From positions 40,072,001 through 40,134,000 of the forward strand of contig OX597834.1 of NCBI GenBank assembly GCA_951406725.2: 62,000 bases of DNA, given 5' to 3'. Within the stretch, counting starts at the first letter, position 1. Each line of letters starts with the position of its first letter. This DNA is from Octopus vulgaris. Its lineage: Eukaryota. This document shows positions 26,043 through 38,252 of this stretch, in pieces. A program made the position numbers and the translations under genes. Below the pieces are notes generated by a model. That model saw only the letters and a list, made by a program, of their open reading frames with translations, made no database searches and was not told where the DNA came from.

Positions 26043-26140
26043 CAAAGATACATACATATATGTATATATATTCACACACACACACATATATATATATACA
26101 CACATATATTCACATATAAACATATACATACACGTACTAA

Positions 26141-26175
<35 letters not shown>

Positions 26176-26571
26176 CACATATATATACATACATGAATAT
26201 ATACATATAATCATATGCATTGAATTATATTTGTATTAAATTATATCAATATTTCACGTTATTACTTATTTTATATATTATATTAAATTGTTTTATTTAT
26301 ACCAAATATTTACACAATTTGAAACTAAATCCCGAAATGACAGCCATAAATTGACTTGAGTTGTTATAAGATCGATTATACAACTATTTGTGACTAAAAT
26401 ATTGATTTCTTTAGCCTGGCTTAATGTCTGCAGCCGTTAATATTGGTAGTTATTGGTTGGTCCAGGTAAAGGGGGAAATCTAGCTGTTGTGTTTAAATAG
26501 GCCTGGCCATGCGACTACACAGAAGCTCCCCCAAAACAGCCAGCAATAAAGGGGTCAGTTAAGCGTAAGCC

Positions 26572-27195
26572 TAAGATCCCCTTTGGTCATGAATGACCAT
26601 GGGATTACACCTAGAAAGTTATTGGAGGCACATGGCCTAGTGGGTAGAGCAGCGGACTCGCGGTCGAGGGATCATGGGTTCGAATCTCAGACCGAGCGAT
26701 GTATGTGTTTATGAGCAAAACACCTAAGCTCCACGCAGCTCCGACAGAGGGTAATGGTGAACTTCTGCTGACTCTTTCGCCACTACTTTCTCTCACTCTT
26801 TCTTCCTGCATCTTGCAGCTCACCTCACTGCGATGGACCGGCGTCCCATCCAGGTGGGGAACCTATATGCTAAGGAAACCGAGAAACCGGCCCTTATGAG
26901 CCAGGCATGGCTCAAGAAGGAACAAACAAAACCTAGAAAGTTCCCCTCCGAGGCACAAATCCGGGCAAGGTTGTTTATGGAAGACAAGCAGTCGCCCATG
27001 CATACCGGCCTCCCTTCTCCATGCCACTGATGTTGTCCAAGGGAAAGGCAAAGGGGCCGATACAACTTGTCACCTGTGACGTCGCAACTCATTTCTACAG
27101 CTGAGTGAACTGGAGCAACGTGAAATAAAGCACAATGTCCAGTCCAAGAATCGAACTCACAACTTCACGATTGTAAGCTTGACGTTGTAACCACT
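26572..27195 (-). mobile_element. tRNA-headed SINE family G, interrupted by a family D copy
   Basis: Homologous to 43630-43964; B-box GAGTTCGATTC on the minus strand. Confidence 0.75.
26621..26930 (+). mobile_element. tRNA-headed SINE family D (tail type 1) with 12-bp TSD
   Basis: A-box TGGCCTAGTGG, B-box GGTTCGAATC; TSD ACCTAGAAAGTT at 26609-26620 and 26931-26942. May correspond to published octopus tRNA-Arg SINEs (not verified). Confidence 0.9.
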
Positions 27196-27654
27196 CTTAT
27201 ATTAAACCACCACCAATACCACATCATCATCATCATCATCATCATCATATTTGGCTCCAAGCTTGATGCAAAATAATGAAATTTTCAAGTGTTATTAGCA
27301 ATTTAATAGCTACCAGTCTAAGGGAGGTAACTCTTAAAAGCCAAATGAGAAAATCTATGAAATGAGATTTAAAAAAAAAAAAATTCTTTTAATGAAAATT
27401 GACAAAATTAAAATTTTGATTAGTCCTCCATTTACTTTTTAGTCATTGGACTGCGGCCATGCTAGAGCACCACTTTGAAGGGTTTTACTTAGAAGAAATG
27501 ACACTCCCAGGACGTTTTCTCTTTTTTAATGTTTAATACTTATTCTGTCTTTCTCTTCTACTGAAGCACTAATTTATGGGGATGTAAACAAACCCACACC
27601 TGCTGGCAGGCAGTGGTGGGGACAAACATAGTGACCCCCTCCAAAGCACACACA

Positions 27655-27985
27655 CGTGTTCTGGGTTCAGTTCCACTGCGTGGTACCTTGGGCAAGTGGC
27701 TTCTACTCTAGCCTCGGGCCGACCAAAGCCTTGTGAGTGGATTTGGTAGACGGAAACTGAAAGAAGCCCGTCGTTTATATGTGTGTGTGTGTTTGTGTCT
27801 GTGTTTGTTACCCCCCCCCCCACATCGCTTGACAACCGATGCTGGTGTGTTTATATCCCCGTAACTTAGACCAATAGAATAAGTACTAGGCTTACAACGA
27901 ATAAGCCCTGGGGTCGATTTCCTCAACTAAAGGTGGTGCTCTAGCATGGCCACAGTCAAATGACTGAAACAAGTAAAAGAGTAAA
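27655..27985 (+). mobile_element. SINE family B (5'-clipped), adjacent to an oppositely oriented B fragment at about 27430-27640
   Basis: Similarity to other B copies. Confidence 0.85.
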
Positions 27986-28149
27986 TATATATATATATAT
28001 ATATATATAAATATGGGCTTCTTTCAGTTTCCTTCTAACAGAAGGCAATAGGGACAAAAAGAGAAGACATTTTTCCAAAGTAGCACACAACAGGACTGAA
28101 CCTAAAACCATAGGGTTGGGAAGTACATTTCTTACCACACAGCCACGCA

Positions 28150-28390
28150 ACTACATAGAACCACCTTCCTATCAACACTACATAGAACTACCTTTCTATC
28201 AACACTACATAGAACTACCTTTCTATCAACACTACATAGAACCACCTTCCTATCAACACTACATAGAACCACCTTTTTATCAACACCACATAGAACCACC
28301 TTCCTATCAACACTAAATAGAATCACCTTTCTATCAACACTACATAGAACCACCTTTCTATTAAAACTACATAGAACCACCTTTCTATCT
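28150..28390. repeat. 27-bp minisatellite ACTACATAGAACCACCTTTCTATCAAC, about 9 copies
   Basis: Direct reading; abuts the head of a minus-strand B SINE (28010-28148). Confidence 0.95.
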
Positions 28391-28849
28391 ACAGTACAAT
28401 CTCTTCCTATCCCCTCTTCTTCTCAACCCCAAACCCCACCATGACAAGCAGCTGTTTTATTTCGTGTGTCAATTTCAATAAACTTGGAAAAGCAAATTCT
28501 AAAAATCTTGCTCAACAATAAAAAAAAAATAATAAAATAAAACCCTACCCTACACCCCACCCACTTCATTCCTCCACCCACAAACAAGATTTGAATCTTA
28601 ATTGATTAATTAAGAGGAGAGCCGAAAATAATTAATCAGTTACTGGATTAGATGTTTTACACGCTGCTGCTGCCGCTGCCACTGCTGCTTCTTCCACTCC
28701 CCAAATTCAGACAGTTATCTTCTACACTCTTTCAATTCATTCCAAAATAATGGTTTCCTTTCAGTTATTTTTCATGAGGCATCAAGCCAAAATTTCTAAG
28801 ATTACCGGCATTATTTTGCCATCCTTCAAATGTATGATGGCACCGGGAT

Positions 28850-28854
<5 letters not shown>

Positions 28855-28900
<46 letters not shown>

Positions 28901-29228
28901 TACACACATACACACAGACAAATAAATAAATACAAACACACACAAATACACACATATACAAATACACACACACACACACACATATACACATACACAAATA
29001 CCCACCCACACACACAAATACACACAGACAAATAAATACAAACATACACAAATACATACACACAAAAATACACACATATACAAATACACACATATATACA
29101 CATACACAAATACACACAAGCACAAACAGACACACACACACATAAATACACACAACACACACACAAATACACACACACACACACAAATACACACAACACA
29201 CACACAAATACACACAACACACACACAA

Positions 29229-29282
<54 letters not shown>
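28855..29282. repeat. (CA)n / ACAAATACAC compound tract
   Basis: Direct reading. Confidence 0.9.
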
Positions 29283-29499
29283 GCTAATGTGTAGATATAT
29301 ATGCTAAGTCCACACAGAAGTTGTACTCAGAAGAGCAACTCAGGTGTAGCTGTGTGGTAAGAAGTTGGCTTCCCAACCACATGGTTCTGGGTTCAGTCCC
29401 ACTGCATAGACCCTTGGGAAGATGTCTTCTATAACTTCAAGATGATCAAAACCTTGTGTGTGTGTATATATACTCTTCGGGAATTTGGGGAGTGGGGGT

Positions 29500-29648
29500 T
29501 CTCCCTCTCCTCTCTACTTTCTGTAGATGAGCACAGGCTCGAAACATCGAAGATTTTTCATTTTCCCTGAGTGTCAAACTAATAGACCTTGTCTGTTGTT
29601 CCCTCCCCTGTCTCTGTTTTTTTGGGTTTTTGTACAGTTTTGAACCAT
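29500..29648 (+). mobile_element. Penelope-like terminal repeat relic with a decayed hammerhead-like motif (29517-29552)
   Basis: CTTT-CTGTAGA-T-GAGC-acag-GCTC-GAAA-CATC-GAAG; downstream sequence homologous to 54787-54910. Confidence 0.55.
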
Positions 29649-30421
29649 TTGTGTGTGTGTGTGTGTGTTTGTAAGCATATTTGTCTTTTATCTTTCATCT
29701 TTTACTTGTTTTAGTCATTGGGTTGCGGCCATACTGGAGCACTGTTCTGAAAGGTTTTGGTCCCACTGCCGACACTACTTAAATCGTTTTGAAGTCTGAA
29801 CTGCTAAAGTACATGGATGTAAACAAACCCACACTGCCTGTCAAGGTCTTTCATTATCTTTTACTTGTTTTAGTCATTAGACTATGGCCATGCTGGAGTA
29901 CTGCCTGGAAGAATTTTTAATCAAATAAATCATCCCCGGTACTTATTTTTTAAAAATATGCTTACAAACACACTTACGCCAGTGTGTTTACGCCAATTCA
30001 GCAAAAATGACTGCTAGGATAAATACCAGGCTTAAAACCAAAATCCAAATGGGCGCTGGGGTCGATTCGTTCAACTAAAATTCTTTCAGGTGGTGCCACA
30101 GCATGGTTGCAGTCCAATGCCTGAGACAAGTAAAAACCGAAAAAATAAAAAGGGTCATTCTCAAAATCAATTGAAACAAAGGCTTCGTAATTCTCCAGAA
30201 AAATGGTGAGAGTGCTTCCACTGTTTACAAACACCTAACTGTAACACAAAAACAAGGTCCTCTGATCTATGGATAGATTCTTCCACTTTTTTTTTCTTTC
30301 TCTCCTAGCACCGGAGAGCCTGGAAAAGGTCACAAAGTTACTTCCTTCCTCAGCTGAAGACTAATGAAACAAACAACAAATGAAGTCCACAGAGATGATG
30401 ATGGTGATGGTGATGGTGATG

Positions 30422-30453
<32 letters not shown>

Positions 30454-30577
30454 AGTGGTGGCGGGGATGGTGGTGTTCGTGGTGGTGGTGGTCGCCGTGA
30501 TGGTGATGATGGTATTTCTCATGAGAATGAACAAAGATAAACTTATATTAGCCTCAAAGACAACAAACCATACAACA

Positions 30578-30639
<62 letters not shown>

Positions 30640-31024
30640 AATAAAATGAAAATAAAGGCAATAATTATATCTATTTATGTCTAATCTTTATCCGAGAAAA
30701 TTTCTCAGTCTCTTGATCTGATGTTGGTGGCGCTTTTGAAGTAAGAAAGAACAAACAAGAAAAAGAAAAAAAGAAAAAACAAAAAAAAACGAAATAATAA
30801 AGGGGGGAGATTAAAAACAACCACACAAAAAAACAAACAAACAAACGGACTTTTAAAAAAGTAAAAAAAAAAGAAAAAAACAGCAGAATAAAAACAAAAG
30901 TTTGATATGAGTAATGAGTGATATCAAAGACTAAAGATTAATAAATCTGTTTATTCTAGATTCCTCTAAAAGATGGTTCCAACAACAAATGCAATCTCAA
31001 GCCTGGTTTATTTCCTCTGATAGC

Positions 31025-31083
<59 letters not shown>

Positions 31084-31579
31084 TAATAATAATAAATAAT
31101 AATAATAATAATAATAATAAATAATTATAAATAATAATAATAATAATAATAATAATAGGGTATATTGGGCTTTGTATATCTGTACCCAAACACCACTTTG
31201 ATGGTGTGTGCTACTACTACTACTACTAATAATAATAATAATAATAATAATAATGATGATAATAATGATGATGATGATGATGATGATGATGATAAAATAG
31301 TAATTTGCAATTAGCCTAATTACCAAAAAGTTTTGATATTTGTTAAAGAATTTCTGTTGGTTCTAGTAGTGACCACCTCCCTCTAAACTATCAATTATAC
31401 TGTAAACAGTAGATTCCTTTCTTTCCTGATGACATTATATGGAATCGGTTATTAAAAAGAAGCCAAAAATATAAATGGTTTAGGCTTGGCTTTCAAGGGT
31501 TCCTTTATTTTTTTGTTGTTGTTGCTGTTGTTGTTGTTGTTTTCGTTCCTTTATTTGTGATTCTCTGTATTATGTTACT

Positions 31580-31860
31580 AATCATCTCCACTGCCACCAC
31601 ACTTACCATCACCACCACCACGACAATCACTGTCACCGCCACCACTACCTGTCTCACCACCAACAGCAACACCACTACCCTCACCATCATCGCCACCACC
31701 ACCACCACTGCCACAACTATCATCAGCACCACTACCACCACCAACATCACCCTCATCATCACCACTGCCGTCATCATCATAATCATCACTACCACCATCA
31801 TCATAATCACCAACACCATCGCTATCACCACCACCACCACCATGATCATCATCATCACTT
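31580..31860. repeat. (CAC/CAT)n low-complexity tract
   Basis: Direct reading. Confidence 0.85.
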
Positions 31861-32099
31861 CACATCTGTTTCTCCATGTTAGCATGGGTTTGAGGGATCT
31901 TCACCCACACAGCATCTCATCACATTTTTCTCCTTTCATCTTTTATTTGTTTTAGTCAGTGGGCTGCGGCCATACTGGGGCACTGCTCTGAAAGGTTTTG
32001 GTCCCATTGCCGACACTACTTAAATCATTTTGAAGTCTGAACTGCTAAAGTACATGGATGTAAACAAACCAACACTGCCTGTCGAAGTCTTTCATTAGC

Positions 32100-32441
32100 T
32101 TTTACTTGTTTTAGTCATTAGATTATGGCCATACTGGAGCACAAAGCTTGGTGCTTATTTGTAGTGATCCCTTTTGCCAAACTGCTAAGTTACGGGGACA
32201 TAAACACACCAACATCAGTTGTCAAGCAGAGGTGGGAAACAAACACAGACACAAAGACACACACACACACACACACGCATATACATGATGGGCTTCTTTC
32301 AGTTTCCATCTACCAGATCCATTCACAAGGCTTTGGTCAGCCCGAGGCTATAGTAGAAAAAAACTTGTCCAAGGTGCCAAGCAGTGGGACTGAACTCAGA
32401 ACCATGTGGTTGAGGATCAAGCTTCTCACCATGCAGCCACA
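32100..32441 (-). mobile_element. SINE family B
   Basis: Similarity to other B copies. Confidence 0.82.
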
Positions 32442-32804
32442 CCAAAGAACTCCTTATCAAGAATCTCTCAAAGAAATAGAGAAATTATCCAAATGAAAAA
32501 ACAAAAGGGGCTGGAAATAGAGATAACCAGGAATGTAAGGGGCTGAAAAACAGAAACAATCCCAATAGATAAGGGGTGCATTGAGATTGATAAGAATGTG
32601 CAAAACACACACAACCAAAACCACACAACTTACAAATATGCACAACATGCAAAAATTTGGCAGGAAGAACTGCACACATATTAAAGTAGTGCACTCTCAG
32701 TTCAGTAAATAAAACACTGCATATACTAAGAAAAAAAAAAGAAGAAAAAGAAGGAAAACCTCTTCTCAGCTGTGCAGTGAAAACAAAGAAGAACACTGAA
32801 AGAC

Positions 32805-32806
<2 letters not shown>

Positions 32807-32840
<34 letters not shown>

Positions 32841-32870
32841 TAATAATAATAATAAATAATAATAATGATC

Positions 32871-32914
<44 letters not shown>

Positions 32915-32937
32915 TAATAATGATCATAATAATGATG

Positions 32938-32981
<44 letters not shown>

Positions 32982-33004
32982 TAATAATGATCATAATAAT
33001 GATG

Positions 33005-33059
<55 letters not shown>

Positions 33060-33073
33060 TCATAATAATGATG

Positions 33074-33122
<49 letters not shown>

Positions 33123-33136
33123 TCATAATAATGATG

Positions 33137-33175
<39 letters not shown>

Positions 33176-33198
33176 GATAAATGATAATAATAATGATC

Positions 33199-33242
<44 letters not shown>

Positions 33243-33265
33243 TAATAATGATCATAATAATGATG

Positions 33266-33306
<41 letters not shown>

Positions 33307-33329
33307 TAATAATGATCATAATAATGATG

Positions 33330-33371
<42 letters not shown>

Positions 33372-33394
33372 GATAAATGATAATAATAATGATC

Positions 33395-33438
<44 letters not shown>

Positions 33439-33461
33439 TAATAATGATCATAATAATGATG

Positions 33462-33502
<41 letters not shown>

Positions 33503-33525
33503 TAATAATGATCATAATAATGATG

Positions 33526-33564
<39 letters not shown>

Positions 33565-33587
33565 GATAAATGATAATAATAATGATC

Positions 33588-33634
<47 letters not shown>

Positions 33635-33657
33635 TAATAATGATCATAATAATGATG

Positions 33658-33698
<41 letters not shown>

Positions 33699-33721
33699 TA
33701 ATAATGATCATAATAATGATG

Positions 33722-33766
<45 letters not shown>

Positions 33767-33789
33767 GATAAATGATAATAATAATGATC

Positions 33790-33833
<44 letters not shown>

Positions 33834-33856
33834 TAATAATGATCATAATAATGATG

Positions 33857-33897
<41 letters not shown>

Positions 33898-33920
33898 TAA
33901 TAATGATCATAATAATGATG

Positions 33921-33959
<39 letters not shown>

Positions 33960-33982
33960 GATAAATGATAATAATAATGATC

Positions 33983-34026
<44 letters not shown>

Positions 34027-34049
34027 TAATAATGATCATAATAATGATG

Positions 34050-34090
<41 letters not shown>

Positions 34091-34113
34091 TAATAATGAT
34101 CATAATAATGATG

Positions 34114-34152
<39 letters not shown>

Positions 34153-34175
34153 GATAAATGATAATAATAATGATC

Positions 34176-34222
<47 letters not shown>

Positions 34223-34245
34223 TAATAATGATCATAATAATGATG

Positions 34246-34277
<32 letters not shown>

Positions 34278-34303
34278 TAATAATGATCATAATAATGATG
34301 ATC

Positions 34304-34359
<56 letters not shown>

Positions 34360-34382
34360 TAATAATGATCATAATAATGATG

Positions 34383-34424
<42 letters not shown>

Positions 34425-34444
34425 GATAAATGATAATAATAATG

Positions 34445-34490
<46 letters not shown>

Positions 34491-34513
34491 TAATAATGAT
34501 CATAATAATGATG

Positions 34514-34551
<38 letters not shown>

Positions 34552-34992
34552 TAATAATGATCATAATAATAATAATAAATAATAATGATCATAATAATGA
34601 TGATAATAATGATAATGATAATGATAATAATAATGATGATAATGTTAATGATAATAATGATGATGATAATAATGATGATGATAATGATAATAATAATAAT
34701 AATGATGATGATAATAATGATGATGATAATGATAATGATAATAATGATGATAATGTTAATGATAATAATGATTATGATGATAATAATGATAATGATAATA
34801 ATGATGATGATAATAATGATGATGATAATAATGATGATTATAATAAAAATAATAATAATAATGATGATGATAATAATGATAATAATGATGATTATAATAA
34901 TGATAATAATGATGATTATAATAAAAATAATAATAATAATGATGATGATAATGATAATAATAATGATGGTAATAATGATAATGATGATGATT

Positions 34993-35027
<35 letters not shown>
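32807..35027. repeat. 2.2-kb (AAT)n-derived array with a higher-order period of about 195 bp
   Basis: Marker AAATGATAAATGAT at 33172, 33368, 33561, 33763, 33956, 34149 and 34421. Confidence 0.95.
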
Positions 35028-35028
<1 letters not shown>

Positions 35029-35582
35029 CCCTGATGCAATACCAGGCAGTGGCTCTCGTGGCTTCTGATCTTAACTGATTGGAAGTGTTATCATGTACAT
35101 TGTTTTGTCTTGGTATAAAAGATGGGCTACAGCAAATATTCTGCTCAATACCCAAGATTTGCTTGTCAGTTGTTTGACCATAACCAGTTGAGCATGTTCC
35201 TTGGTGGCTGATGATATGTGCATCTCTGATCACGAGCAGAAGTAGTGGGGGAGCATCGTAGCCATGTGTTGAGAAGGATTCTTTGGAGCTTGAATAAATC
35301 ACCTCTGGAAACATGGGTGGTTCATTCAACATCCTTAAACAACCCTTATCCAGGGACCTTTTGAACGGGATGGGCTACTCAACCTGAAGAAATTTCTAAC
35401 TGGGCCCCACCTGCAATGTCATGTGCTGTTTATCTTGATATGAGATCACCATGTCGCATACATATGGTTGTGAAGCATGTGCCTGGTGTACCCTTATCAG
35501 ACGGGTAGTCATGACGATTATATTAGGCTTCATATAACTGTACCCCAGTATCACTTTGATGGCATGCACTACTCTCTCACTC
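35028..35582 (+). mobile_element. Family A, full-length (555 bp), between (GAT/AAT)n and an (AAT)n tail
   Basis: Same 5' start (GCCCTGATGCA) and 3' end (CTCTCACTC) as 45682-46245. Confidence 0.9.
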
Positions 35583-35613
<31 letters not shown>

Positions 35614-36072
35614 GGAATAAATAAATCTGTCTTCAGTAAGGATAACAAAAAGAAAGAAAAACTAAAAGGACAAAGGAAGAATGAAGATAAAATGCTGTAC
35701 CTTGTAAACTTCGGTTGCAAGACTCCAAAGCTCTTGATCTGAAGAAACTTTCAGTTGATACTAAAATAAAACAATAAAATAAAACATTAATAAATACAAA
35801 AAAAAAAACAAATTTCAGTTTAATTCTTGAAAACATCTTAAGACAAAAATAACTGTTTCAAAATCTGGCCAAAGGCCAGTTTCTTAAATTTTGGCCCATG
35901 GCCCCATAGTTTTAGGGAGAAGAGATTAGTCGGTTGTGTCATCCACCCACCCTGGTACTTGACCTGGTACTGCATTTTATTGACCCCCCCACATCCCCCA
36001 CTAAAAGGGTAAAAAGCAAAGCTGACCTTGGCAGAATTTGAACTTGAAATGTAAAGAGAATAAAACAAAATA

Positions 36073-36240
36073 TAGGTGCAGGCATGGCTGTGTGGTAAGA
36101 AGCTTGTTTCCCAACCACATGGTTCCAGGTTCAGTTCCAGTGTGTGGTACCTAGGACAAGAATCTTTACTATAGTTTTGAGATAACCAAAGCTTTATGAG
36201 TGGATTCAGTAGATGGAAACTGAAAGAAGCCCGTTGTGTG
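36073..36240 (+). mobile_element. SINE family B, 5' half
   Basis: Head similarity. Confidence 0.8.
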
Positions 36241-36254
36241 TGTGTCCATGGATG

Positions 36255-36798
36255 ATTTGACTGAGGTCTGGCAAAACCAGACTCCAATCTGATCTGGCAG
36301 AGTTTCTACAGCTGGATGCCCTTCCTAATGCCAACCACTCCAAGAGTGTAGTGGGTGCTTTTACGTGCTACCGGCACTAGGGCCAGCTAGGTGGTACTGG
36401 CTACGGCCACACTCAGATGGTGCTTTTTATTAGCCACCTACACAGGAGCCAGTCCAGCGGCACTGGCAACAACATCACTCGAATGTTTTTTCACGTGCAC
36501 CCGGCACAAGTGCCAGTAAGGTGATACAGGTAACGATCATGCTTGAATGGTGTTTTTAACGTGCCATCAGCACAAAGGCCAGCTTGTTGCTCTGGCAACG
36601 ATCTCACTGGTATGGTACTCTTAGCACTCCACTAGCAATGGATGCCAGTCACCGAGTTTGATTTTGATTTCACTTGCCTCATCAGGTCTTCGCAAGCAGA
36701 GTTTAGTGTCCAATGAAGGAAAAGCACACATAAGCGGACTGGTTACACCCCTGGCGTAGGCCACAAGGTTATGGTCTCACTTGCGCTTGCCGAGTCCT
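36255..36798 (-). mobile_element. Family E, long copy with internal tandem repeats of about 55-60 bp
   Basis: Extends the E copies 5'-ward; recurring GGTGCTTTTACGTGC..CGGCAC units. Confidence 0.75.
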
Positions 36799-37049
36799 GA
36801 ATGTATAATGAAATGTGAAAATTGACAATTCAAAGTCTGTTCCCAGCACACTCGCACAAGTATGTATATGTGTGTGTATAAGTGTTTGTGTGTATGTGTG
36901 TGTATATATATATATATATAAGTATGTATATATCTGTATATCTGTGTGTGTATGTGCACATTTGTGTATAAGTGTTTGTGTGCATGTATAGGTGTATGTC
37001 TATATATGTGGTGTATAAGTCTAAGCACACATGGGTATACATGTATGTA

Positions 37050-37220
37050 TGTGTGTATGTCTGTGTTTGTCCCCCTAGCATTGCTTGACAACCGATGCTG
37101 GTGTGTTTACGTCCCCGTCACTTAGTGATTCGGCAAAAGAATAAGTACTGGGCTTACAAAGATTAAGTCCCGGGGTCGATTTGCTCGACTAAAGGCAGTG
37201 CTCCAGCATGGGCGCAGTCA
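37050..37220 (+). mobile_element. SINE family B, 3' half
   Basis: High similarity to 15771-15975. Confidence 0.85.
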
Positions 37221-37426
37221 AACACAGAGAGGACAAACAAGGACAGACAAACGGATTAAGTCGATTACATCGACCCCAGTGCGAAACTGGTACTTAATTT
37301 ATCGACCCCGAAAAGATGAAAGGCAAAGTCGACCGCAGTGGAATTTGAACCCAGAACGTAATGGCAGACGAAACACAGCTACGCATTTCGCCCGGCGTGC
37401 TAACGTTTCTGCCAGCTCACCGCCTT
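37221..37426 (-). mobile_element. SINE family C
   Basis: GGCGGTGAGCTGGCAGAAACGTTAG...GGGTTCAAATTCC...TTTCATCTTTTCGGGGTCGATAAATTAAGTACCAG. Confidence 0.88.
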
Positions 37427-37447
37427 TACATACACACATATATATAT

Positions 37448-37502
<55 letters not shown>

Positions 37503-37942
37503 CATACACACACACATACATACACACATACACACACATACACAAATACACACACATATACACACACACATATCCATGCACGCACACAAAATGTATACAC
37601 ACACACACACACCATCAAACACACACCCCCTTCCTTCCACAGTGCTGTGACACAGTTCTAGCTAATAACTCCATTATCACTTGTTCAATGAATGTCTTGT
37701 GTGTTGTTATTTAAAAGTCAGTCCTTCAGCAAGAAAAGACAGCTCTTTGTTGGCATTGAACTGGATCCATTATTGAAATATTCCCGTTTCAGAAACAGTT
37801 TCGCTCTTCATAAATGTCACCACACGAGGAAGAAACTTCCTAACATAGGATTACGTGTTTCTACATCTGTATCTGTATGCGTATGTGTGTGTGTGTTTGC
37901 GTTTGAAAGAGGAAGATATATATATGTATGTGTGTGTATATA

Positions 37943-37996
<54 letters not shown>

Positions 37997-38186
37997 TATG
38001 TATATATATATATATATTATATATATATATATATGTAGAGGTGTGTATACATGTTTGAGTGTGGGGGGATGTGTTTGAAAGAGGGAGAGATATAAATAAG
38101 TTCACACACACACACACACACACAGATTTAAACAGGGGTGAGTGTCTCTGTGTTTGTATGTGTGTCTCTGAAAGGAAGAGAGGAGT

Positions 38187-38252
<66 letters not shown>

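Noticed and set aside
26624-26700. tRNA gene (also the heads at 49260-49336, 50451, 52180-52256 and 59927)
   Set aside because: A/B boxes are present, but acceptor and anticodon stems do not close and each head continues into a SINE body, in some cases with a TSD.
28150-28390. CRISPR-like array
   Set aside because: Contiguous tandem units with no unique spacers, in a eukaryotic context with no cas genes.
30350-30372. CTGAAGA-CTAAT-GAAAC hammerhead-like string
   Set aside because: No stem II closing pair and no stem I or III; likely chance.
36660-36692. Hammerhead on the minus strand (CTGATGA-GGCAAGT-GAAA)
   Set aside because: Stem II is not formed and there is no stem I complement.
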